Assembly: GCA_964291285.2 (NCBI GenBank)
Contig: OZ219787.1
Coordinates: forward strand, 864,001 to 928,000
Direction of reading: 5' to 3'
Origin: Alphaproteobacteria bacterium
Lineage (GTDB): Bacteria; Pseudomonadota; Alphaproteobacteria; Bin95
DNA: 64,000 nucleotides
This document shows positions 21,535 through 29,530 of this stretch, one piece after another; positions within the stretch are counted from its first letter, which is position 1; the number at the start of each line of letters is the position of its first letter. Both the position numbers and the translations under genes were made by a program. Under the pieces are notes generated by a model that searched no databases, had not been told where the DNA came from, and worked only from the letters and a program-made list of their open reading frames with translations.

Positions 21535-21846
21535 ATGCCTGATTCGCGACTGAAATCGCGTCTTCTCGTTCTCGCGGCCGCCCTCATCGTGCTCGCGCCG
21601 ACCGCCGCGTGGGCGTCGTCCGCTTGGGACCAGCAATGCAGGACGCAGTTCAACAAGAGCGATGCCGGCCGCACGTCGGGCAGCAATATCTGCTGGTGGC
21701 AGAGCGGGTCGTGGAGCGGCGGCAATTGCACGATAACGACGAAGTGCTTCGTCGGCACGCAATACAGCCTCAGCACGGTAACGGTTGGCTTGATCGAGGC
21801 CCAGAACCTGCAAAATTGTACCGGATACATCGCCTTGTCATGCTGA
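21535..21846 (+). CDS. Small secreted Cys-rich protein #1 (103 aa)
   Basis: RBS GGAGG; signal ending AWA; 6 Cys; ends LQNCTGYIALSC. Confidence 0.8.
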   Translation: MPDSRLKSRLLVLAAALIVLAPTAAWASSAWDQQCRTQFNKSDAGRTSGSNICWWQSGSWSGGNCTITTKCFVGTQYSLSTVTVGLIEAQNLQNCTGYIALSC

Positions 21847-21969
21847 GTTGACGAGCCCGTTCGCGCCTGGTCCCGCGTGGAGTCCGGGGCGACAGCCCTC
21901 GTCGGGCCGCGGCGGTGTCTGGAGAGTCGTTAGGGAAGGGAATCGGGCAAAAGATAAGGAGCCGAGCCA

Positions 21970-22323
21970 ATGCCACCCATCGCCAATCGTCCGCGCGCCC
22001 GCGCTTCGCTCGCTCTGGCCGCCTTCGTGCTGGTGCTGGCCGGTCCGGCGGTCGAGGAGGCGAAGGCCCAGTCCGCCGCCACGGTGCAGAGTTGCAAGAA
22101 TGCGTGGTACAGCGCCTCCGCCCGCCCAACCTGTACGACTGTGCCGAACGACATCCTTCTGTCGAACGGCCAATGCCGCATCAAGAAGAGCTGCAAGTAC
22201 TACGGGATAGGCTCCATGGGCGTCACCCAGGCGCTGTACAAAGCCAATGACGTGACGGTTCCCCTCGCCGACGTCGACGACCTGCACAATTGCAATGGCG
22301 AACTACAGGTAGGCGCGTGCTGA
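21970..22323 (+). CDS. Small secreted Cys-rich protein #2 (117 aa)
   Basis: RBS AAGGAG; signal ending AKA; 6 Cys; ends LHNCNGELQVGAC. Confidence 0.85.
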   Translation: MPPIANRPRARASLALAAFVLVLAGPAVEEAKAQSAATVQSCKNAWYSASARPTCTTVPNDILLSNGQCRIKKSCKYYGIGSMGVTQALYKANDVTVPLADVDDLHNCNGELQVGAC

Positions 22324-22349
22324 CCGCCCCGGCCCGGAGGAGAGAAACC

Positions 22350-22682
22350 ATGCGAAATCTTCAAAATCCGTTGGCGGTCGCCGCCATCGCGCTGGCGCTG
22401 GCCGGTTCGGCGGTCCCGGAGGCGACGGCCCAATCCGGCGGGGCCGTCACGCAGGCGGACTGCGAGGCCGCGTGGAACAGCGCCTCCGCCAGCCTTACCT
22501 GTTCGTCGGGCAGCATCACGCTGTCGGTCGGCCAATGCCGCATCGTAAAGGAATGCCAGCACTACGAGGACACCGACGCAGGCACCTTTTTGGAGCAGAA
22601 ATCCAATGACGTGACGGTCCCCCTCGACGATGTCGGCGACCTGCACAATTGCGATGGAAATCTGTGGGTGGGCGCGTGCTGA
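22350..22682 (+). CDS. Small secreted Cys-rich protein #3 (110 aa)
   Basis: RBS GGAGGAG; signal ending ATA; 6 Cys; ends LHNCDGNLWVGAC. Confidence 0.85.
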   Translation: MRNLQNPLAVAAIALALAGSAVPEATAQSGGAVTQADCEAAWNSASASLTCSSGSITLSVGQCRIVKECQHYEDTDAGTFLEQKSNDVTVPLDDVGDLHNCDGNLWVGAC

Positions 22683-22752
22683 CCGGCCCGGCCGGGAGTT
22701 GCCGCTCAATACGCGGAAGAGAAAATCCATGCGAAGGAAAGGAGCCGGACCG

Positions 22753-23101
22753 ATGACATCCACCGTCAATCCATTGCGCACCCGCGCTTCGCTGGCTCCG
22801 GCCGCCTTTGCGCTGGCGCTGGCCGCGCTGGCGTTCCAGGCCGCGCCCGCCGCCGCCCAGAACGCCCCCGAGGCGCATCAGGAGGATTGCGAGAACGGCT
22901 GGGCGACCGCCCCGGCAAATGCGTCCTGCACCGCGAACACCGGCGGGGTCGTCGCACTCACCTGGGGGTGCAAGGTCTCCGGCAAGTGCCCGGACGATGA
23001 CGGAAAGTCCTCGCACACCTCCACTATCGCTGAACGTCGACCAGTTCCCGCAGCGGCGGAACTGCGACGGCGCCCTGACGATCTCGCAGTCGTCGTGCTG
23101 A
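22753..23101 (+). pseudogene. Small secreted Cys-rich protein #4, frameshifted at about 23028
   Basis: MTSTVNP...CKVSGKCPDDDGKSSHTSTI, then a different frame LNVDQFPQRRNCDGALTISQSSC*. Confidence 0.8.
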
Positions 23102-23122
23102 CGCAGAGAAGGAGTGGAGCCC

Positions 23123-23452
23123 ATGCCATCCGCCGCCAATCGTTCGCGCATCCGCGCTTTGCCCGTTCTGGCCGCCTTCGCGCTGGCGCTGGCCGCTCCG
23201 GTTCACGACGCGCGCGCCACCGAAGGCCCCACCCACGTGCAATGCAGTAACGCCTGGAAGACCTGTCCGGCGGCTTCGACCTGCTCCGAACAGGTGGTCA
23301 GCTCGACCGGCACGTCGTGCAAGGTCTCCGCCCTGTGCGAATCTTCTGACGGCAAGAAACAGGACACGGTCATCGAGGGGGTGGAGCTCGGCCAGTTCCC
23401 GCAATTGCGGAACTGCAACGGCGTCCTGACGGTGTCCGCATCGTCGTGCTGA
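23123..23452 (+). CDS. Small secreted Cys-rich protein #5 (109 aa)
   Basis: RBS AAGGAG; signal ending ARA; 7 Cys; ends LRNCNGVLTVSASSC. Confidence 0.85.
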   Translation: MPSAANRSRIRALPVLAAFALALAAPVHDARATEGPTHVQCSNAWKTCPAASTCSEQVVSSTGTSCKVSALCESSDGKKQDTVIEGVELGQFPQLRNCNGVLTVSASSC

Positions 23453-23501
23453 CCGGCCCGGCCGGTCGCGCATTGCTGCGCCATACATGGAGGAGTCCCC
23501 G

Positions 23502-23906
23502 ATGAATTACCCGCTTCACGTCATCCGCCGTTCCTGCCTCGCCGGCGCGGTTCTTCTCGCGCTCGGTCCGGTCGGCGCGCCGGCGCTGGCCGCGCACGTA
23601 ACCGGGCCTTCGAGCCCGACCGGGTCTCCGGGCTCCGTCTCGAGTTTTCAGCTGGCCTCCGGGGCGCAGTGGACCAATCAGCGCCAGCAGGACTGGAACA
23701 TGAGTTCTGCGGACGATTCGTGCAAGAACGAGTCTTTCGTTCAGGTCTCCGGAACAAGTTGCGTGGCCGATGTTTCCGCGAAATGCAACTACGGTCATTA
23801 CGCACACAACTTCAATGACACGACAATCCGCATCGCATGCAACGGCATTTCGAACCTGCACAATTGCGACGGCAATCTGCACCACACATGGTGTCCGGCG
23901 AACTGA
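23502..23906 (+). CDS. Small secreted Cys-rich protein #6 (134 aa)
   Basis: RBS GGAGGAG; signal ending ALA; ends LHNCDGNLHHTWCPAN. Confidence 0.82.
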   Translation: MNYPLHVIRRSCLAGAVLLALGPVGAPALAAHVTGPSSPTGSPGSVSSFQLASGAQWTNQRQQDWNMSSADDSCKNESFVQVSGTSCVADVSAKCNYGHYAHNFNDTTIRIACNGISNLHNCDGNLHHTWCPAN

Positions 23907-23961
23907 AAGCGGCCGGCCCGGCCGGTCACGCATTACCGCTCGATACGCGGAGGAGTCTGCG

Positions 23962-24369
23962 ATGAATTACCCGCTTCGCGCCATCCCTCGTTCCTGCCTC
24001 GCCGGCGCGGCTCTTCTCGTTCTGTCGGCTGCCGGCCTGACCGGACGGGATGCGGCGGCGCAATCGACTTCGGGGCAGCCGGTCACCGCAGACGCGTGCA
24101 TGGAACAATGGGACCAAAGCGGCGCAAAGAACACATGCTCGAACGCCGTAATTTCAGTGCAGGCCGGGCAGTGCCGTATCGAGGCTTCATGCTATTACTG
24201 GCACAATCCGGTCAATCACGGCAATAAAGACAATAACGGGACCTACTCCCTGGCCGATGTCGCAAGCCTGATGAACTGCGACGGCTCCCTGACGGTCGGC
24301 AATTGCCCCGGACCCTCGTGGCATCAAGGAGCCGGCCACGGGGGAACACAAACACCGGGCAGCCAGTGA
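23962..24369 (+). CDS. Small secreted Cys-rich protein #7 (135 aa)
   Basis: RBS GGAGGAG; 6 mature Cys; LMNCDGSLTVGNC plus Gly-rich tail. Confidence 0.85.
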   Translation: MNYPLRAIPRSCLAGAALLVLSAAGLTGRDAAAQSTSGQPVTADACMEQWDQSGAKNTCSNAVISVQAGQCRIEASCYYWHNPVNHGNKDNNGTYSLADVASLMNCDGSLTVGNCPGPSWHQGAGHGGTQTPGSQ

Positions 24370-24467
24370 CCGCCTCGCCCGCCCGGCCGTTGCGGTCGCC
24401 GCCACCACCTCTTCGGTCGGTTATGCCGTCGCGGATTCCAACCCGATAACTCGCAAGGAGGCATGTC

Positions 24468-24827
24468 ATGCGCTACTTTTGGATTTCCCTGGCAGCCGCC
24501 GCCGTGTTCCTGTCGGCGGCGATGCCGGACGGCGCTTCGGCCAGCCAGCAGGATTGCCAGGACAAGTGGAACGCCGCTCCGGCCGCGTCCGTTTGCACCC
24601 AGAGCCTCTGGATCTCGTGGTGGCCCACCTCGGGGAGATGCAAGCTTCAGGTGGATTGCCCCGCCCCTGACGGCAGCCTCACGAGCAACACCCGCTGGAG
24701 GGAGCCGGTCTGGCTCCAGTATTTTCTGAACTGCAGCGGCGAGTTGAAATATACCTGTGCAACCGCTCCGCCTCCCGATACTCCCCCCCAGCCGCGTGAC
24801 GAAAACAGCGTCCCGGGATCCTCCTGA
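24468..24827 (+). CDS. Small secreted Cys-rich protein #8 (119 aa)
   Basis: RBS AAGGAGG; signal ending ASA; FLNCSGELKYTC plus Pro-rich tail. Confidence 0.85.
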   Translation: MRYFWISLAAAAVFLSAAMPDGASASQQDCQDKWNAAPAASVCTQSLWISWWPTSGRCKLQVDCPAPDGSLTSNTRWREPVWLQYFLNCSGELKYTCATAPPPDTPPQPRDENSVPGSS

Positions 24828-24899
24828 TGCCGGAGAGGCGGCGTCCGTCGCTGAGATGCTCCGGAGCGGCGTCCGTTCGGGCTGAAACGGCCTCATCCC

Positions 24900-25216
24900 T
24901 ACAGCCTCAACCTGCCTGCCCCCGCGAAGGCGGGGGGCACCCCGGACTTGATCCACTGCTGTCCGGTTCAGCCATCAGGGCGAAGCCGATTGGGGTCGGC
25001 CGGGTTTCCCCCTCCCGCTGGGCGGGAGGGGTCAGGGGAGGGCCTCGCGGCGCGCGCGGACGGTTGCCGGGCTTCGCCCGCCGCCGCGCTGGACGCGGCG
25101 AACGTTACGAATGGCGGCGTTGGCGCCGCCGCCGGCCTGACGGCCGGCCCCCTCTCCCGTCCTCTCCCCGCAAGCGGGGAGAGGGGATTTGCAGCCGGCG
25201 CTACTCAGGATGAGGG
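24900..25216. repeat. Mosaic of REP-like palindromes between the convergent peptide clusters
   Basis: GCCTGCCCCCGCGAAGGCGGGGG, CACCCCGGACTTGATCC, CCCCTCCCGC..GCGGGAGGGG, CTCTCCCCGCAAGCGGGGAGAG, CGCTACTCAGGATGAGG. Confidence 0.6.
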
Positions 25217-25232
25217 ACGCCGGCCGGTCGGG

Positions 25233-25544
25233 TCAGCACCCCGCCAGCGACAGCTCCAGGACGCCGTCGCAGTTGTGGAACGTGTGAACCACGTAATAGC
25301 CCGCCTTGACGTCGTTCTGGTGGGTGGCGATACCGTCGGACCTGGTGCAGGTCACCTTGATTCGGCATTGCTCGGTCCAGGACTGCCAGACAACGCTTGA
25401 GACGACGGTGCATGTGTCGGCGGCCTCACTGCGGTCCCACTCGGTCCTGCAGTTCTGGTTGCTGGTGGCCGAAACGCCGGCCGGCATCGCCGCCAGCAGC
25501 AGCAGCGCGGCGGCGGCCGCCAACGGGACTCGAAGCTTGCGCAT
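25233..25544 (-). CDS. Small secreted Cys-rich protein #9 (103 aa)
   Basis: RBS GGAGGAGG; signal ending VSA; ends FHNCDGVLELSLAGC. Confidence 0.85.
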   Translation of the reverse strand: MRKLRVPLAAAAALLLLAAMPAGVSATSNQNCRTEWDRSEAADTCTVVSSVVWQSWTEQCRIKVTCTRSDGIATHQNDVKAGYYVVHTFHNCDGVLELSLAGC

Positions 25545-25591
25545 GGATTCCCTCCTCCGGGCCGGGGCGGCAGGGACGCCGCCCGCCCGTG

Positions 25592-25894
25592 TCAGCATTG
25601 GGACAACTTCAGGAAGCCGTTGCAGTTGATGTAGTACGGGACAAAGGCCGGGGCCCTGTTGACCTGCTGGTTGTGAAAGCCGCCGGAACCCGTGTTGCAA
25701 CCCACGAAGATCGAGCATTTCCCGGAGTTCGGCCACCAGTTGATGGAGAGGTTGTGGGTGCATGAGTCGGAGGCCGAACTGGCGTTCCACTGGTTTCTGC
25801 AATGCTGGGCGCTGTTGGCCGAAGCACCGTCCGGCATCGCCGCCGACAGGAACGCGGCGGCGGCGATCGCCAACGGGAGTCGAAGGTGGGGCAC
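25592..25894 (-). CDS. Small secreted Cys-rich protein #10 (100 aa)
   Basis: GTG start after GAGGAG; signal ending ASA; ends YINCNGFLKLSQC. Confidence 0.85.
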   Translation of the reverse strand: MPHLRLPLAIAAAAFLSAAMPDGASANSAQHCRNQWNASSASDSCTHNLSINWWPNSGKCSIFVGCNTGSGGFHNQQVNRAPAFVPYYINCNGFLKLSQC

Positions 25895-25969
25895 GAGACG
25901 TCTCCTCTTATGGGGTTTCCAGGAGCCGGAACATCTCCCGCGGCCGCAAGGGGTTCGTCGGCACGGCGT

Positions 25970-26326
25970 TCACGGGCAGGGGTAGATCTTGAGGGTCCCG
26001 TGGCAGTTCACCACGTTCTGCGCCTTGGGCCATGTGACCGTGATCGAGGACCAGTTTCCCTCGCTGTCTCCCTGCCAGCGTTCGCACCTCGCCCTGATCT
26101 TGCAGCAGCCGGCGGTGGGGACGGAGATATTCCTGTCCGTGCAGCTGTGCTGCGCCGAGCCGGAAAACCAGCCATTGTTGCAATTGATCTGGGTGGTGTA
26201 GGACGATATCGGCCCCGGACACGAGAGCGCCTGCGCGGCGCCGGGCGCCAGAACGCAAAAGGCGAGGGCGGCGAAGCCCAGCGGGACGGCAAGGACACCA
26301 CGCATCCGGATTCGCGCGAAGAACAT
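25970..26326 (-). CDS. Small secreted Cys-rich protein #11 (118 aa)
   Basis: RBS GGGGAG; signal ending AQA; 8 mature Cys; ends VVNCHGTLKIYPCP. Confidence 0.82.
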   Translation of the reverse strand: MFFARIRMRGVLAVPLGFAALAFCVLAPGAAQALSCPGPISSYTTQINCNNGWFSGSAQHSCTDRNISVPTAGCCKIRARCERWQGDSEGNWSSITVTWPKAQNVVNCHGTLKIYPCP

Positions 26327-26625
26327 GAGGCCACTCCCCGTCATCCGTCCGGTTCCCGCACGCGCAGGGAAACCGATTCATGAGGAAGACAGTATCGGAA
26401 TAATCGCAAACAGAATCAAGTCCCCGGGGCCGCCGACCCGGGGTTAATTCGTTCCGATGTTCTTTCCGGATGGCGGTTGTTGCGCGTGAGCCGCCGGCCC
26501 TGGAGCTACTCGATCCGCAGGTCCGCGAGGTCTGGAGAAAGCCGGCCGTTCCCGGCCGTTTTCGGTGCGCAGCCGGCTGGCTTTCCCGGACGCACCACTG
26601 GCCGCCCTTCGTCCACAGCCGCGGG

Positions 26626-28086
26626 CTAGCCGAGCAGCGCCAGCGCCTCCTGCGCGACCGGGCTCGGCGCCGCCGCGGGACCTGCGAAATAGGCCATCGA
26701 GGCGGCCAGCACCCGGTCCCGCAACGCCGACGGCGGCATTGCCCGATAGTTCTCCAGCGCGGCCTCGGTGAACTTGAACTCGTGGGCTCCTCGGCCGTAG
26801 AGGGCCAGTTGCCGGCGCGCACCCGCGCCCAGCCTGTCTGGCGAGCCGCCCCGTTGCAGGTAGCCCAATGCCTTGCGGGCTCCGGAGGCGCGGTCCCGCG
26901 GCAGTTCGGAGAATGCCTCGCGCAACGCTTCCGCGCCGTCGCCGGGGACCGCGAGAGGCTCCAGCCCGTCGATGCGCAGACCGCGCCGCGTCGCGCCGAC
27001 GCTGCGCCGGAAGGCCGGTATGAAGGCTGCCGACTGCAGGAGCGCCAGAAGCTGCGTCTCCCCGGTTCGCGCATGCCGGAATACATGGTGGAACGCGTTG
27101 GCGGATGTCAGGGCATGCACCGGGACCACCGCCGGCCGCGTCAGGACCAGTTCCGCAGCGGCGGCGAAGAGCGCCTCCCATATCGAGCCGGCGGACACCC
27201 CGCCTTTCAGGAGACCGACCGCCGCCCGGCCCGCGTCGAGCTCCGAGCCCTCGCGGAGCGTGCGGATGAACTCGTTGCGCGCCGCACCGTCCCGGCGGCC
27301 CTGTTTCCAGGTCCTGGGAACCTCTCCCAGCATCGCCCGGAACGCCCGCCAGGTCCGGTCGGGAGGCAGGTCGCCGGTGGCGGGATTCGGGCCGTAGCCG
27401 TGATTCTGGAGCGCCGCAGCCAGCGAGCGAAGCAGGGGAGCGGCGTATTCGGGCCCGACAAGCGGCAGCAGACGGTGCGCGTTCTGCACCGCGATGGCCT
27501 TGTGGCCGATCGCCCGGAGGTCCCGGATGCCGTATCGAAAAAGCACCTCGAAGAGCTGTTCCGGCGGGGCCAGCCGGGCAAAGTCGAGAACGGCAGGGTC
27601 GACGGCCTCGGCGTCCCAGCGGTCCAGCGCCTCGACCAGGCGTTGGCGGGCCGCCTCCGCCGTCCCGACAGCGGGGGCCGGCCGCGGGCCCATCGTCCAG
27701 CCGCTCCGGCGGCGCTCCGCCTCCTGGGCGCGCTTGAAATAGTCGAGCGCCCAGAATACGGGCAGCCAGCGCGCCTTGCCCTCGAGATTGAGCGCCGTCA
27801 GGTGGACGGATTGCAGCGCAAGCACCGTGTGGTACTTGAAGCCGACATGGGGGAACGGCCGGACCCGGCGCGAAGCGGCGACGGCCAGGGCGGCGAGCGT
27901 GCTGCGGCGGTCGAGGCCATCGCCGATCAGGCCCGCAAGCTCGGCGGCGACGCGTTCGCGAGGCGTTTCTTCCAGAAGGCGGTGCAGGGCGCCGGTCCCG
28001 GGAAGCGCGCTCGCCAGGCTGAGCCCGCCGCCCAGGCCGACTGCGGTTGCACTGCCGGCGGTGCGCAGGAATTTTCGACGGTCCAC
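26626..28086 (-). CDS. Hypothetical protein with twin-arginine (Tat) signal
   Basis: GTG start, DRRKFLRTAGS; long ORF with spaced His motifs (GFKYHTVL, AIGHKAI, VPVHALT, GAHEFKF). Confidence 0.7.
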   Translation of the reverse strand: MDRRKFLRTAGSATAVGLGGGLSLASALPGTGALHRLLEETPRERVAAELAGLIGDGLDRRSTLAALAVAASRRVRPFPHVGFKYHTVLALQSVHLTALNLEGKARWLPVFWALDYFKRAQEAERRRSGWTMGPRPAPAVGTAEAARQRLVEALDRWDAEAVDPAVLDFARLAPPEQLFEVLFRYGIRDLRAIGHKAIAVQNAHRLLPLVGPEYAAPLLRSLAAALQNHGYGPNPATGDLPPDRTWRAFRAMLGEVPRTWKQGRRDGAARNEFIRTLREGSELDAGRAAVGLLKGGVSAGSIWEALFAAAAELVLTRPAVVPVHALTSANAFHHVFRHARTGETQLLALLQSAAFIPAFRRSVGATRRGLRIDGLEPLAVPGDGAEALREAFSELPRDRASGARKALGYLQRGGSPDRLGAGARRQLALYGRGAHEFKFTEAALENYRAMPPSALRDRVLAASMAYFAGPAAAPSPVAQEALALLG

Positions 28087-28129
28087 GCCGCCATATATAT
28101 GCCGCGTTCGCCGCCCGGCAATCGCCTCC

Positions 28130-28963
28130 TTACTCCCCGGATTGCAGGATGAGGCCGCGGCGGCGCGCGATCTTGAAGGCGTAGGCGAAGAGCGCCACGC
28201 CGCCCGCGATATAGGCGACATTCAGCCCGATGGCCCAGAGAAACAGGTCCGTGCGGAACACGCCCTCGATCATGACCGCGCGCATGCCCTCGAAGACATG
28301 GGCGGACGGCAGGGCCAGGGCGACCGCCTGCGCCGCCTCCGGCAGCACATCGACCGGGTAATAGACCGCGCTCAGCGGCGCCAGGATGAAGATCGAGGCC
28401 CAGGCGAAGCTCTCGGCCGCGAGCCCGTAGCGGATGAGCAGCGCGCAGACCGCGAGCCCGATAGCCCAGCCGAACACCATGAGGTTGGCGAAGAAGGCGA
28501 TCAGCGGCAGGCCCAGCGAATAGATCGAGTATTCGTGGAGCAGCCAGGCAACGAGCGTCGCCGGCATCAGGCCGAGCGAGGTGCGGATCAGGCTTCCCAG
28601 CATCATCGCCGCCATGAGCTCGCCGGGCCTGAGCGGGCTCGCGAACAGCTGGCCCAGATTGCGCGCCCACATCTCCTCCAGAAAGGAGATGCTGAGCCCG
28701 AGCTGGCCGCGAAACAGCACGTCCCAGAGCAGGACGCCCGCCAGCAGCGCGCCGGCCGCATTCACCAGCCAGCTGCTGTGCTCCAGGAAGAATTTGGTGA
28801 TGAACCCCCAGAGCGCGACCTGGACGATGGGCCAGTAGGCTAGCTCGATGATGCGCGGCACCGAGCCTCTGAAGAGGTAGTAGTAGCGGGCGAGCATGGC
28901 CAGGATGCGCCCGATGCTCATGCCGGCCCGCGCGCTCCCGGCAGGCCAGGCCGCCCGAATCAC
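28130..28963 (-). CDS. ABC-2 type transporter permease
   Basis: SFLEEMWARNLGQLFASPL, YYPVDVLP...LPSAHVFEGMR; multiple TM helices. Confidence 0.85.
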   Translation of the reverse strand: MIRAAWPAGSARAGMSIGRILAMLARYYYLFRGSVPRIIELAYWPIVQVALWGFITKFFLEHSSWLVNAAGALLAGVLLWDVLFRGQLGLSISFLEEMWARNLGQLFASPLRPGELMAAMMLGSLIRTSLGLMPATLVAWLLHEYSIYSLGLPLIAFFANLMVFGWAIGLAVCALLIRYGLAAESFAWASIFILAPLSAVYYPVDVLPEAAQAVALALPSAHVFEGMRAVMIEGVFRTDLFLWAIGLNVAYIAGGVALFAYAFKIARRRGLILQSGE

Positions 28964-29442
28964 TTGCCGTTCGCTTTCTTCCAGGCGGCGATTTCCGCCT
29001 TCAGCTCGTCATATTCCTCGCAGCCGAGCAGGCATATGCGGTCCAGCTCCGCAAGGTGCTTCTCCGCGCCGGCAAGGTCTCCGAGCTGCAGGCGGAGTTC
29101 GCCCGCATATTCATGCGCGCCCTTGTGGTCGGGGTCGAGGAAGAGCGCGCGGGCATAGGCCTTCCGGGCCTGTTCGAAGCGGCCGAGCTTGCGATTGGCA
29201 TAGCCGAGCCAGTTGAAGGCGTCGGCGCTGGTGCGGTTCTTGTCGATATGGACCTCGAGGTCGGCGACGGCCTGTTCGTATTCGCCCGCCTCGATCTTCT
29301 TCTCGATGGCAGCGAGCGGGCCCGACTTGTCCCCGCCGCTGCCGCTGCCGCTGCCGAGAGCGAAGACCGTCCCCGCCATGCACAGCATCGCGGCCGCCAG
29401 TGCCCATCTGCCCAACATGCGCCTTCTCCCCGGATGTGCCAT
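28960..29442 (-). CDS. Secreted TPR protein
   Basis: Signal peptide; ADAFNWLGYANRKLG, DPDHKGAHEYAGE, C...CEEY. Confidence 0.85.
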   Translation of the reverse strand: MAHPGRRRMLGRWALAAAMLCMAGTVFALGSGSGSGGDKSGPLAAIEKKIEAGEYEQAVADLEVHIDKNRTSADAFNWLGYANRKLGRFEQARKAYARALFLDPDHKGAHEYAGELRLQLGDLAGAEKHLAELDRICLLGCEEYDELKAEIAAWKKANGK

Positions 29443-29530
29443 CCTTCTCCAGTCTAGAGTTAGGCGGCCGGCGGCTCCGCATCAAGCGGCGCGTGCGCCG
29501 GCCGGCCTCGGAACCAAGGGGGGATGGCGG

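Noticed and set aside
21535-26326. Peptide array as an integron, DGR target set or RiPP cluster
   Set aside because: No integrase, attC structure, reverse transcriptase, TR/VR pair, double-glycine leader or modifying enzyme is visible in the window.
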